In this document: positions 39,319 to 52,444 of the stretch, piece by piece | Layout: each line of letters opens with the position of its first letter | Numbering within the stretch: the first letter of the stretch is position 1 | NCBI RefSeq assembly: GCF_009914755.1 | Contig: NC_060947.1 | DNA length: 64,000 nt | Source of the DNA: the human T2T-CHM13v2.0 reference genome, Homo sapiens | Direction: 5' to 3' (one strand) | Notes under the pieces: model-generated | The model's input: only the letters and a program-made list of their open reading frames with translations | Database searches by the model: none | What the model was told of the DNA's origin: nothing | Position numbers and translations under genes: made by a program

Positions 39319-39939
39319 CAGGAGGGCACCCCAAAGATTTCAGGAGGAGGAAAAGAGTGAAAGGGGAGATGGACACCTCCCTGATTTGGTAAAGATGAGT
39401 GGTCCTCCTGTCCTATAGCATCAGAATCGAAGTTTCAGAGTCTTTACTCTTTGCAGGAAACTTTGTTGGGCGGCCCCTTCAGTGGGTCAGGGCCTCTGGA
39501 AGTCAAGGTCTGCTTGCTCTGTGCTGCAAGTACAAACAAGAACTACAGTCATGTCAAATACTGTGAGAAAGCTGGGACGCTGAGCGTTTGAGGATTGCGG
39601 GCCACAGTTTGGGGAAAAAATGAAAAAAAAAATGCTCTTTCACACAGCTTCACACTAGTTTCCTGGAGAGCGGACTGTGATCATGCACCATCCTATTTTG
39701 CCCACAGGGCATTTCTCAAATAAGGGCACTCAGTAGCTTAACAACAGAGATGGTACAAGGGAGGATAAATTAGCTTCTCATGACTTGAAAAGAATCAGGT
39801 GCCAAGTTCAAGTAATCTCCCCACTTATTACCCTTCTTCCAACTCTGCCAAATCATTAAAGGCTTTGAATGCTCACATTTTGTACAGCCTGAGAGGTGAA
39901 AAATAGAGCACACGAGATGATGTGTGCTTTATTTCTTTT

Positions 39940-40195
39940 ATATTTGGACTTTTAAAATTGACATACAGTAAACTTGACTTTTCTTGGTGTATAGTTCTAT
40001 GAGTTTTAACACATGTGTAGATCTGTGGAACCTCCATTGCAATCAATCACTCCCACAAAGTCCCTCATGCTATACTTTTTAAGTCACACAAACCCTCTTC
40101 TATATTCTGACAACCACTGCTTTGTTCTCCATCATTATAGTTGGGTCTTTTCAAGAATGTCGTAAAAATGTGAAAATGGAATCTATGTGGTATGT
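39940..40195 (-). mobile_element. L1MC/MD-like 3' UTR fragment
   Basis: 'ttgacatacagtaaa...gtatagttctatgagttttaacacatg', 'ctgacaaccactg...tttcaagaatgtc'. Confidence 0.8.
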
Positions 40196-40654
40196 GTTTT
40201 ATTTTGATGTGCATGAGGCACACTTACAAGCCCTGCTGCTTCCAAATGCCAGTGGTTAAATGTACAGCCTGGCTGGGCTGTGGGATCAGGAAGTTCTTGT
40301 AAAAACTTCATCTCTCCATTGCTTCTTCAGGGTCACTTAGGCATCCTTAGTATCAGAGACAAAGACAAGGCATATTGGGTGATTCCAAGGTCCCAAAGTT
40401 GTACTTGAGCAAAGGGGAATTATCTCAAAATTCTTGATAAGGCTCAATCATCTCTTGGGGCGAAGGCCCCACAGTCTACACTGGTTGTGCTCCCACAGAC
40501 CAAAGAGCCTACAATGTTCTACTGCTTCTTCCTAAACCTCTATCCCTCGGATGCTTCTTTCTCCACAAAAAGAGCTCTCCCTTAGTAATCTTACTGATGG
40601 CTGTCAAAACTCCCCCAAGCTTCAGCCCAGACCCAAGCCAACATCAAAAGCACT

Positions 40655-41010
40655 TTGGATGACTCCGAGAAAATTATTTAACTTCATTGTGACTATCTGG
40701 AGAGTAGAAAATAACAAAATATATCAAGTAGAGTAATTGTAAGGATAAAATGAGATAATGCACATGAAGCATTACCTAGACATAGTAAGGGCTCACTAAG
40801 CATTAGCTATTGTTATAATAAGTATAACACCAAATGGTAATTACTTGTTAGCATATCAGTTTCTTGCATCAGACTGGGAGCTGAGTTCCTTGACAGCAGG
40901 GACCTGATGTCATTCACCTGTGTACCCCAAACATCCATCATAATGGCTGACCAGAATAAGTTCTGGCTAACTCCTGCTCACTCTATAATTCATTAACTCA
41001 TTCAATAAAT
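40655..41010 (+). mobile_element. MIR followed by an L2 3' end
   Basis: 'gtaaggataaaatgagataatgcacatgaagca...cattagctattg'; 'ttccttgacagcagggacc...cattcacctgtgtacccca'. Confidence 0.7.
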
Positions 41011-41754
41011 ACTAATTGAGCACCTATTATGCATTCCTTTCTACGGAAGCACACCTTCTGTGGGAAAATTTCTGTGAAAACTTACATATTGTGGTCTCCA
41101 GGGAAAGCATTAATGTTTCCCCATTCTCCCTCATCCCTCCACACTGGGGACCGCAAGGCCACAGTGAGGGGAGCGGTCAGAATGTTATAGGGTAAAGATT
41201 ATACTTCATTGAGAAAAGGGATTAAAGGTCTGGGCATATGTGGCACAAAAATGAGGATGAGTGTGACTTTGGCTTTTTTCTTTTATATCTGTTTGTGAGA
41301 ATATCTCCCTGCAGTGCCAGGCCATCTCTCTCAAGTGGTGCTCTTAGATAGCTAGTATGACAAAAGCAGGCCCGGACCCCCTTTCTTCTTGAGAAGAAGT
41401 TTCCTCTTTTCTCTCCAGTCCATCTCTACCCCCTCCTTTATAGAGCTTAGTAGAAACCCAGAGAGACTGAGTTTAGACAAAATGAGCCCTTCTGGTCTTA
41501 CAAGTCAAATTCAGCTCACTAGGGCTAGAGTTACACAGTATGTTGAGAACGAAAGACCCAGAGAGTGTTCCTTTGTGTATATCATGGGGCGAGATGGCAA
41601 GGATGTAGCAAATATCAATATTTTCAATACAACTTATAATAACACACACAGAAATACACACAGGCTAGATATGAACCCTCATCTGTACTCATTTCTGCAC
41701 CCAAATTATCTCTATATGACACTTCCTGCTGCCTTTTGATTGCCTTCTGACTTT

Positions 41755-41872
41755 AACTAAACCACTAGCTGCATGTAAGCAGGAGCTATGCCCTTGTCCT
41801 CATGGTATTTCTAGTGTGTGGCATAGCACCCAGTACATTGGCATTCTCCATTAGCATTTGCTGAATGAATAT
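41755..41872 (+). mobile_element. L2 3' end
   Basis: 'tggcatagcacccagtaca...gcatttgctgaatgaat'. Confidence 0.65.
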
Positions 41873-42149
41873 TTGTATGTAGCTATGTACGTATGACTGC
41901 ATGAATGTATACACATTTTTCTAGTATCACATGGAATCCTATATCCCAGTACCTGTAACTTCCTAATCCCCAGTCTATACTGCAGCTAGCACTGTGTCTG
42001 ACACAGTATAGATTATCTTTTAATATTTGTGGAAAGAGTAACTCTAGGTGAACAATTTAGAAACAAAAAATCGAAGGCCAAAAAGAAAAAGAGAAGGCTA
42101 TTAATCAGTTGACTGCCCTTTAGTATTCTGCTTTAGAGAGAAGATTTAG

Positions 42150-42675
42150 CACAATACATGTGGCTAAAAGGATTAGGATTGGAGATAGAAATATAGACGT
42201 CAACTGCATAAAGATTAAAGCATGGGGAGTAGATAATCTCACTGGAGCAGGATGTAGATGAAGGCAAGAAAGCCCAGAGGCAAATCTTAAGGAAACTACC
42301 ATTTAGAGAATGGTAAGTGGGAAGAAGCCAATTAAAGAGACTGAGAAGGAGTGGCCATTGAGGAAGAAGAACAAGGAGAACATAAATGAGGATGAGGGTG
42401 ACAACATAGGCATATTACTAAACATAGTGTAGTTCAGAATAGAATTTGTGATAACATTTTCTCCCTCTTCTCCTCCTGCCCTGGACTACACCACACCCAA
42501 CAGCAGTCAACAGATGGATGGTGCTAGGAGACCAAACGGATGTGAAAAGAGAAGACTGATTGGGTGACACAGGAGTTCACTGGTGATCTTGACAAGAGCA
42601 GTCTCAATGGAGGGATGGCTGAAATAGCATGAAAAGATAATGGGAAAAGTAGAGGCTGTCAGTATAGACACAAAG
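42150..42675 (-). mobile_element. L2 fragment interrupted by a non-L2 patch (~42384-42500)
   Basis: 'aaagcatggggagtagata', 'gagactgagaaggagtggcca', 'cactggtgatcttgacaagagcagtctcaatggag'. Confidence 0.8.
42410..42482 (+). repeat. 72-bp dispersed direct repeat, copy B
   Basis: About 92% identical to 39247-39318. Confidence 0.93.
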
Positions 42676-43697
42676 AGTAAGTCCTTCTTCCAGCTTTTGG
42701 GGGAAACTTAGTCTGCCTGCCAAATACCTTTAGAACTTCATTCCTTGCCTACTACTTGAAAAAACATTTCTCCTGGCCAAATCAGAGCAGTTGTAGGATG
42801 TAGATAACAGGCATATATAAAAGGAAGCCAGAGTGGCGAGCTCTTGGCCTGGGATTCACGGGATTCTGCCGCCCCAAAGAACTATGACTTAACTGCTTAT
42901 GCTACCCTCTGTTTGCTACTTAGCCCCTGGCATAGTCTCACCCATGCCCCCACCCATTCCATCCATTATTAATAACATAATTGTAATTAAAAGACAGAGA
43001 GAATTTGGAATGCATCAAGTAGGAGTTGCAACAAAATATTTTGTTATTCAATGATGAATTTTTAAATGAAACATCTAAATACAGATTGCTCCCCAAGAGA
43101 TGTTCTGATTTGAGGCTGAGCTTGATGTACTTCCAAGAAACTGTCTAATTACAAACTAGGCCCTAAACCTAGATGCTTAGGTACGTTTCTCATGCAGAGC
43201 ACAATGCAGTTTTTTCTACTCAGCTTCTTGTGCGGGACTGGGGTGCAATGCAAGGCAAGGGTTAGACAAGCTCTGCTAAGGAACTTGTCCATTTAGCCCA
43301 AGGAAAGAGTCCATTAGGCGTTGAGAGGCATTTGCCATGTTGAGGTGGTTGGCTTTAAATGTAATGTTAATTTTACTTTGCTTTTAAAGTACTTGGAGAA
43401 TAGAAATTGGTATTTAAAGCCATTTCCTAAAACAACAACAACAAAATCTGAAACTTGATTTGTCCCAAGATTTTCACTCTTGGTTGAGATAGTGCCAGGA
43501 CATAGTGAAACCAGGCATAGTCTGGCCTCCTGCTGGCATTGCCAAAGCTGCTAGTAAGGGTTTATTTATGGAAACAAGGCCAAAGATCAACTGACCCAGA
43601 ACAAGCCCTAAGTCAAATGATTTCTCCCTGTATTCATAAGCTAAAACTAAGACAACACAAATATTGCTTCATATTCCATGAATTGCAAATCCTCAGC

Positions 43698-45282
43698 TTT
43701 TTAAATTTAATTTTCATATGTTAGAGTTTATTTATTTTAACTTTTATTTTAGGTTTAGGAGTGTACATCTGCAGGATCATTATACAGGTAAACTGTGTGT
43801 CGGGAGGGTTTGGTGTACAAATTATTTAGTCATCCAGGTAATAAGCAAGTACCTGATAGGTATTTTTTTATCCTCTCCCTCCTCCCAACCCCCACCCTCA
43901 GGTAGGCTCCGGTGACTGTTATTCCCCTGTCTGTGTCCATGTGCTCTCATTGTTTAGCTCCCACTTATAAGTGAGAACATACGTTATTATTTTTCTGTTC
44001 CTGCATTAGTCTGCTAAGGATAATGGTCTCTAGCTTCATCCATGTTGCTGCAAAGAACATGACCTCATTCTTTTTTATGACTACATAGTATTCTGTGGTG
44101 TATATCTACCACATTTTCTTTATCCAGTCTACCACTGATGGGCATTTAGGTTGATTCCATGTCTTTGCTCTTGTGAATACTGATGCAATAAACATACACA
44201 TGCGTGTGTCTTTATGGTAAAACAAATTATATTCTTTTGGGTATATACCCAACAATGGAATTGCTGGGTCAAATGGTAATTCTGTTTTAAGTTCTTTGAG
44301 ACATCGCCATACTGCTTTCCACAACAGCTGAACTAATTTACACTCCTACCAGAATTGTATAAGCATTCCCTTTTCTCTGCAACCTCACCAGGATCTGTTA
44401 TTTTTTTACTTTTTAATAATGGCCATTCTTACTAGTGTGAGATGCTACGTTATTGTGGTTTTCATTTGCATTTCTCTAATGATTAGTGATGGTGAGCTTT
44501 TTTTTATATCCTTATTGGCCACATTTATGTCTTCTTTTGAAAAGTGTCCTTTTCAAAACTGTTCATGTCCTCTGCCTAGTTTCTAATGGGGTCATTTTGT
44601 TTTTCTTGTAAATTTGTTTAAGTTACTTATAGATTCTGGATATTAAACCTTTGTCAGATGCATAGTTTGCAAATAATTTCTCCCACTCTGTTGATTGTCT
44701 GTTTACTTTGTTGATAGTTTCTTTTGCTGTGCAGAAGCTCTTTAGTTTAATGATGTCTCATTTGTCAGTTTTTGTTTTTGTTGCAATTGCTTTTGGGGTG
44801 TTCGTCATGAAATCTTTGCCTGTGTCTATGTCCTGAATGGTATTTCCTAGGTTTTCCTCCAGGGTTTTTATAGTTTTAGGTTTTACATTTAAGTCTTTAA
44901 TCCATCTTGAGATGATTTTTGTATATGGTGTAAGGAAGGGGTCAAGTTTCAATCTTCTCCCTGTGGCTAGCCAGTTATCCCAGCACCATTTATTGAACAG
45001 GGAGTCCTTTCCTTATTGCTTGTTTTTGTTGGCTTTGTTGAAGATCAGATGATTATAGCTTTGTGGTATTATTTCTGGGCCCTCTATTCTGTTCCATTGG
45101 TCTATGTGTCTGTTTTTGTACCAGTATCATGTTGGTTTGCTTACTGTAGCCTTGTAGTATAAAGTCGGGTAACGTCATGCCTCCAGCTTTGTCCTTTTTG
45201 CTCAGGATTGCCATGACTATTTGGGCACTTTTTTGATTTCCTATGAATTTTAAAGGAGTTGTAATTGTGAATAATGTCATTG
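43698..45282 (-). mobile_element. L1 (older L1PA/L1PB) 3' part: ORF2 C-terminus, 3' UTR and degraded tail
   Basis: ORF fragments [12 protein letters not shown] and ELPFDPAIPLLGIYPK; 3' UTR 'ctcccacttataagtgagaacat'. Confidence 0.95.
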
Positions 45283-45975
45283 TTTTATCTCAACGCATGC
45301 AGAGAAGGCCTTCAATAAAATTTAACATCTCTTCATGTTAAAAACCCTCAATAAACTAGGCATTGAAGGAACATACCTCCAAATAATGAGAACCATCTAT
45401 GACAAACCCACAGCCAACATCCCACTGAATGGGCAAAAGCTGGAAGCATTCCTCTTGAAAACCAGACAAGAAAGGATGCACTCTCTCACCACTCCTATTC
45501 AACATAGTACTAGAAGTTCCGGCCAGAGCAATCAGGGAAGAGAAAGAAATAAAAGACATCCAAATAGGAAGAGAGGAAGTCAGACTATTCCTGTTTGCAG
45601 ACAATATGATTCTATACCTATAAAACCCCACAGTTTCTGCCTAAAAGCACCTTGATCTGATAAACAACTTTAGCAAACTTTCAGGATGCAAAATCAATGC
45701 ACAAAAATCAGTAGCATTCCTATACACCAACGATGTCCAAGCTGAGAGCCAATGCAATCTCATTCACAATTGCCACAAAAAGAACAAAATACCCAGGAAT
45801 GCAGCTAGCCAGGGAGGTGAAAGATTTCTACCAGAATTACAAAACACTGCTAAAAGAAATCAGAGATGACACAAACAAATGGAAAACATTCCATGCTCAT
45901 GGATAGGAAGAATCAATATTATTAAAATGGCCACACTGTTCTAAGCAATTTGCAGATTCAAGGCTATTCCTTTCA
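45283..45975 (+). mobile_element. Inverted 5' segment of the same L1 (ORF2 RT region, FADD mutated to FADN)
   Basis: [31 protein letters not shown]; 'tttgcagacaat' at 45594-45605; TSD aaatcctcag(t)ctt at 43687-43699 and 45976-45989. Confidence 0.93.
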
Positions 45976-46389
45976 AAATCCTCAGTCTTACACAGAAAGA
46001 CAGTCCTCAAACCTCATGGGATGATATTTAAGTGGAAAGTCCCTGCTTCTGAAATTTGAAGCCAGATTAGGTTGTATGTATGGCATCTCATTCCTCTGAA
46101 AAAAAAGTAGCATTTCTGCTGATCTACAGGCACCTGATGCTCCCTCTCCACTAGTGTGTCTATGATCAAGTCCCCTTATTCCTGGAGTTCCTCAAAACCA
46201 AGGCCATAATCTGGAAGAGCACCAGATAGAGCTTAAATGTGCAGTCTATGTACTTGTGTCAGAATTCTTCCCTGAGTGAGACTTACTGGCCCAAGAGAAA
46301 AAGACCTCTCATTGGCATTATTTTCAAATAAACAGAGTCTATAGTCCCAGCCTTTCCTTGTCCTACAAAATGCTGTCGTGCTCATCTAT

Positions 46390-46620
46390 CTTTTATTGAG
46401 CCACTATGTAAGGATATGTCTCGCATGGGGAGATGGGTTTTCCATGGATTATCTCATTTGATCCATACAACAAGCCTTGGAAGTTGGTATTATTATTCTC
46501 CCCATGTCTTAGGTAAGCAAACAGAGGCTGAGGGTGAACCATTTGCCCCAGGTCATATACATAATAAATGACAGAACTTAGCCTCCATATCTTATGTTCC
46601 TACTCCTGCATTACTGTCTA
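46390..46620 (-). mobile_element. MIR
   Basis: 'attatctcatttgatccatacaacaagcc...gcaaacagaggctgag...ttgccccaggtca'. Confidence 0.8.
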
Positions 46621-47855
46621 CTCTGGAACAAAGTGCCTGCTGACTCAATAAGCACATTGTATCACCTCCATTAGGAAAGATGCCCTCCAAACAACCAGGG
46701 CTGGAGTGTGTTTTTAACACATCACATCTGCATAACAATTTGGCAAAGAAAGGGATGCCTTAGAGGCAGCCTACAAACCTTGACCCTAGGTTAGCTGTGT
46801 ATGAGCTACAGTTCTGGGTCCAAGAAATCTGGTCATTTGAGCAATAAGAGAATGTCCTTTTCGGTTTTTCTCTCCTTCCCCACTTCCTTGGAAAAGCCAT
46901 TAGGAAGAAATGGGCCCTTTTTATGCTTGCTACAGAGCTAATTCTTCCTGTCCATACAAAGAACCCTTCCCAGAATTTTACCTCTAACAACAAATCTCTG
47001 GACAGTTAATTAAGAATCCATTTTCAACTAGACACAAAGGTATTTTCTATCTCTTTAGTTCACAACAGGGGGAAAAACAACGTCAATATTACAAGAAAAA
47101 TACAACTGGGGAAATTCTCATTATGCCGACTCCTTGTATATTGTGTTCTTCAAGTATCTTGTTGTTTTTTTTGTTTGTTTGTTTGTTTTGCCATTTAACA
47201 CATAACTTCTCATCTTAGAGATTGCTCTAGGCCATTTACAAGACCGAAAAATTTTATTTGGGCCTGACAAATAGTTTCTGAAAGCATTAGACTATCCAAG
47301 ATTCTACTTTGCTCATGTAATTTATATCAACTCCACTAAAATCCCCCCAAAAACCCACCTGTTGTCTCACATTGACTATAAACTCTTCATCAGAATGAAA
47401 TACTGTGCATATATATATACTTTTTTGTACCATGGGAAATATGGAAGGGGACTGTTGATCAGGGACTGGGCAATCTGTTCCTCTCCTGGGCATCACAGTG
47501 GGTGGGCCCCAGGGCTGTGCCTGAGAATATCACTGGCTCACTCCCACTGCCCATGGTCTGTGATGAGGGTTTGCAGAGGCCCCTTGTGAGATCCAGTGTC
47601 CAATGTGTAGTAACTCAACATTTAGTCTTGCAGGCTATGCAGAACTCATTCTGGTTGATGTGAAGTGCACCCTGCATGTAGGACAGTACACGGCAACTAA
47701 AGCCCTGCAATTGAGCCCATATTTCAACATTTCACTGAGAGAATATGAGCTAGCTAGGAGCTCCCAAATATGAATTCCTATGAAAATCACATAAAGTATG
47801 CACTGCTGAAGCTCTAATATCTGACCTACTTGGAAGTAGGTATCCTGTCTGTCAA

Positions 47856-47883
47856 AAATGTCATTCACTAAATGTCATTCACT
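47856..47883 (+). repeat. Perfect 14-bp tandem duplication
   Basis: aaatgtcattcact twice. Confidence 0.9.
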
Positions 47884-48434
47884 AAAATGTGCCCCACATG
47901 GATAATTATAGGACATTTGAACAGTAATAGAAAGGAAGAAAAATTGAATAGCTAAGTGGATCTTCATCTAGAAGGACTGAGAATGAACTATCCTGGAGTA
48001 GAGGTATTCAAATTCTCATCATTTTAGCAAGGATCACCACTGTAAAGGGGATGAAAGCAAAAGAGGAGGGTGAATTTCACTGCTGAGAATAATTCCATGC
48101 TATTTTCACCTCTCGGAGACAGGGTATAACAGGATAAGTGGACACTATTTGACTTCCTGAGTAAACCTTTTCAAGAGCAACAGCAGCTGAAATACGCTAT
48201 AGGGAGATGTCTGAAATCATTCATGAAAAGGAAAGCAAAGGAGGCTGGGTACGAATTCAGAACTGGGAACTGGATAGTTGTACTATTTTACTGGTTGTTT
48301 AATGAATTCATCATGGATTTTTTTTGTATCTCCTATACTTAAGTATTAGTGCCCCTGTTCTACCAACTCATCGAGCAAAGATTTATGGAATGCCTATACA
48401 ATATTAAGCTCTTAGACCTAAGGCACATGAAAAT

Positions 48435-49000
48435 TGGGTGTGTAGAGAAAGAAGATTGAGACTCAGGAAACACAAATTCTGGTCCTCCTTGCCATTAAGG
48501 TGCTGTGTGACCTTGGGCCAATCACTTTGCTTTTTAAATCTGATTCCCCTCCATTCTTCCCTACAGAAGGATAAGATAAATGGCTGTCCACAAAGATTAT
48601 AAGAAGGTCATCATGGGAATCCATGAGCTATTTTTAACATTTCAATAAGCCTAAGGGAGATGGTTTGTAAAGATTGCTAAGATCAAGCTGACCCTAGACC
48701 AACTCAACCATCTACTGCCTTCACTTTGGGAAGGAATTATATCATCTTATTGTGGTTACACTGGTTATTTCATGCTGACCAGATTCTCTACTGAGAGATC
48801 ATTAATGGCTCTGAGCAAAAAAAAAGAAAAAAAAAAGAGAGAAGGAATTATTATGTGATAAAGGTAATTTGTTTAGTAGGCCTGATATTTCAAAACACAG
48901 TATGCAGGGGAAAATTAATTAAAGATGCCTTAGATAATGAAAACTTTTGGAATCACTAGACTAGATCATTTCTAAGGGCCCCTCAAGTTCGAAAATCCTC
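48435..49000 (+). mobile_element. MIR3 split by a hAT-Charlie-like insert (~48580-48958)
   Basis: 'gctgtgtgaccttgggccaatcactt'; insert ends 'ttggaatcactag'; MIR3 resumes 'actagatcatttctaagggcccctc'. Confidence 0.65.
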
Positions 49001-50319
49001 TAAAGCACTCTTGAGCAGCCAATAGATCATAGGATGCATCTTACAACCAGGCAGGCTAATTTCAGGCTGAAAGATTAAAAAGCAGGTTCTGTATTGCCAT
49101 TTCTCAAATATGACTAGATATTAAATTTTTTTTAGTTGCTAAACAGAAGTGGCAATTCTCTCACTGGTATTTTTCTATTTAGAAAAAAGATGATATAAAA
49201 TTTGAATAATAAGCTACCCATCCTTCCTTCCTTCTCTCTAAACTTATGTATTGAGTGTCCACTATTTGTCTCATACAGTTTTCTTTTTACCAGTTTGACC
49301 TTCCACAAAAGCTGTTGGTCACCATTGCTCTAAGGACTCTGTTCTTCTTGGTGGTAGAAGGAGTGAGGTGAGGTGTCGAGCATATAAAAGCAGTCTACAC
49401 TAGGAGGAGGTCAAAGTGCAACTACAAGGAGCAGCCTAGTAAAAGGTAGATACTATAATTAGAATCTGCAGGATCCCATGATAGACATGTAGTATAATGG
49501 AGGGCTTGAATTTTTGTTTCCTACATCTTTATAAACCAAAATGGTATTCTTCATTGCTATGAAGACTACGTGCGACATGCATTTATCCCCTTGTGGTGCA
49601 AAGTTCTAAGTCCTAAACGCATGGGAAATCATTAAGATGATTTATCTTAGGACTGCTCCTCTACTCCTCAAGCACAGTTGCTGTCCTCCACAATCTTGAG
49701 TAATGAGGGTGAGTCACAGGCAGCAACAAAAAAAGGTAGTCAAATGTCTACTCGACAGATGAAACAGATAGCAGGACTGGTTAGTTCGGCACTCCTGCCT
49801 GCTCCAATGAACAGTGGGGGGGTCATTCCTAGAAGAAAGGATCTACTGCCCCAGGGCTTTTTAGTATTAACAGGGGTTGCCAACAGAACGAATTAACCCT
49901 TTGTCAGGGAAGTAGCCAATAATTGTTAATTATCTTGGTGAGTATGTGTTCAATTAAGTGACTATGCATGAACTAAAAAGAATAGGTACATGGAAAAACG
50001 ATTCAGTGGATTAGAGACATAGGAGAACAGAAATAGTTTTGTATTAGAAATGAGCAAAGAAGGCATCCTCTGTGCACTTACAGTGACTGTAGGTTACCCT
50101 CAGAGAAGCTTGTCTTATACCACAAGCTTTCCAATCAACTGTAGAAAACTATTACCAAATTAGATGATATAGATAAATTAACAATTTAGTTTTTTTAGTT
50201 TTTTGCATTTTTTTAACTTTATGATTTTTTTTGTCAACCTATTTCCTAAGGAATGGATTCCTCCAAGCTGTAACTTCCAAATAACTCAGTTAAAAAGTCA
50301 ATGTACTGAATTTAAAGAG

Positions 50320-50545
50320 TTATGGTGGTTTAAAGCAATGGTCTGAAGCCAGACTGGATAAGCTGAAGTTCTGGCTCTGCCACTCACCATCTCTGTGATG
50401 TTAAGAAAGTTACCTAACAGCTCCAAGCCTCAGTTTCCCTATTTGTAAGGTAGGTATGATAATACCTCTCTTGCAGAGTTATCAATTGTGACAATTAGAA
50501 ATAACACATAGCCAGTATCTAGCACATGATTGATTTCCAATAAAT
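50320..50545 (+). mobile_element. MIR
   Basis: 'ctggctctgccactcacc...aagttacctaac...agcctcagtttccctatttgtaa'. Confidence 0.85.
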
Positions 50546-51644
50546 GGGGGCTCTTTGTTAGGAAGTACAAGCAGCAGGAGGAAAGCACTGCGCATTGAAT
50601 TCACTGTGTGTTCTCTTAAAGAGGCTGGGGAGAAAAGAGCCGCTGGATCTCAATTGACATCCCACTGGACATTTGAAACTAGTAAGCAATTATTAATGGT
50701 CCCAATTCGACATAATGTTTTTCCAGGAGGACAAAATGTGCACCAATTTAAAGTGAATGAACTCAGTGTACTGGACTTACAAAGAATAATTTAGCAAGGG
50801 AGTTGTTGGTGATCAAAGATGTGGGAGTTTGTCCTGCCTCCATTTAACCTCTTTGAATCTCAATTATTGCATATGGAAAGTGGATATAACAATCCCTGAC
50901 TGATCACTTCAATATGTTTTTGTGAAAATCAAGTGAGATATAGAAGATCCATGTAAACTCTAAATGATGCAACAGCAGGAAGCATTGCTATTATCAACAC
51001 CATCATCATTTTTAAATGGCCCTCCAATACTCTGAAATATATTTCCTCTGTCACAGGACCCAATACCCACTTTCTCAGCAAATAATCTATCCTTACAAAC
51101 TGCACCATTCACTAGGTAGAAAGAGCATCCTAAAATGTGTCACAATCATAGAAAATGTTCAGAAAACTGGGATGTTCCTGGCTCTTCTGTCAGTCTCCAA
51201 CAACTTCCAAAGTTTGGGAACAAAACTGCAAAAGAAACAATGAACATAAATAGACCATTTCAGTACTGTAAAGCAATTTGTTGTAACAAAACAAACAAGA
51301 GGTCGATTGCAGAGGCCACAGGACAAATCTAAACTACTTCATTACGCCAGTGTGGCTAAAAGGGCTCTCTGCACCATCATCCCCCAAATTGTTTTTTCAA
51401 TGTATAATTAATCACTTTGCTGTCATCATTTCCTGATTCTTCAGTTGTTTAAGTTTCCATGGCAAGCTCAAAAACAAAGTGAAGCAATGCTAGTCCAGTA
51501 TGAGTATATGATAAATGGACATATGAATAAACGATGACTGTGAACATCTAGAAACTCTTTCATATAATTGTTTTTTCATTTTAATGTCACAGCTTAAAAT
51601 GAGCAAAAAAAAACTTTTTTTTCAATTCCAGATAAAGGATGCAT

Positions 51645-51865
51645 GAGGAAAGGGCATGAATTTATAGTCAGACAGATTTATATTCAATTCTTAACTCCAA
51701 TACTTACTAGTTTTATGCCTTTGAGCAAATCACTTTAGCCCCTCTGAATCTTAATTTTCTCATATGAAAATGGGGGTGTAAATATTTATTTTTGCTAACT
51801 GATTGTGAAGAAAAAATAAAAAATCCTATTACCATGCCTGTCACATGGTAGGTGTTTACCAAGTG
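51645..51865 (+). mobile_element. MIR
   Basis: 'agtcagacaga...gagcaaatcactt...ctctgaatcttaattttctcat...atgcctgtcacatggtaggtg'. Confidence 0.75.
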
Positions 51866-52039
51866 GTGACTTCCATGATTCTTTTGCCTCTCCTGTCATG
51901 AGGAAGACCTGTGAATTGTGCTTGAGTTAATTTCTCTGTGTATACTACGAGGCTAACGTCTCAGCTCTCAGAGCCCAAGACCAAATAACAAACAAATCCA
52001 TCACCAAGTGATTGCAAAATAATTTGATCCTAATCACAA

Positions 52040-52444
52040 AACTACGGGGCTGAACTGTCACTACCCAAAGTTCTTATGTTCAAGTTCTAAACCCCAGTAC
52101 CTCGGAGGGTGACTGTATTTGGAGATAGGCCTTTAAATTACAGTAATTTCAGTAAAATGAGGCCATATGTGGGTGGGGCCCTAATCCATTCTCACTCCTG
52201 TCCTTAAAAGAAGAAATTTGGAAACAGATAAATATGTGCACAGAGGAAAGACCATGTGAAGACAAAGGAAGAAGTCAAGCCGGCCATCTACAAGCCAAGG
52301 AAAGGGGCCTCAAAAAGAAGCCAACTCTGCCAACAACTTGATCTCAGATTTCTAGCATCAAGAACTGTGAGGTAATATATTTCTGTTGTTTCAGCCATCC
52401 AGTCTGTTGTATTTTTGTTATGTCAGCCCATGCAAACTAATACA
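52040..52444 (+). mobile_element. MaLR solo LTR (MLT1B-like)
   Basis: 'gtgactgtatttggagataggccttta', 'ggccatctacaagccaagg', ends 'gcaaactaataca'. Confidence 0.92.
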
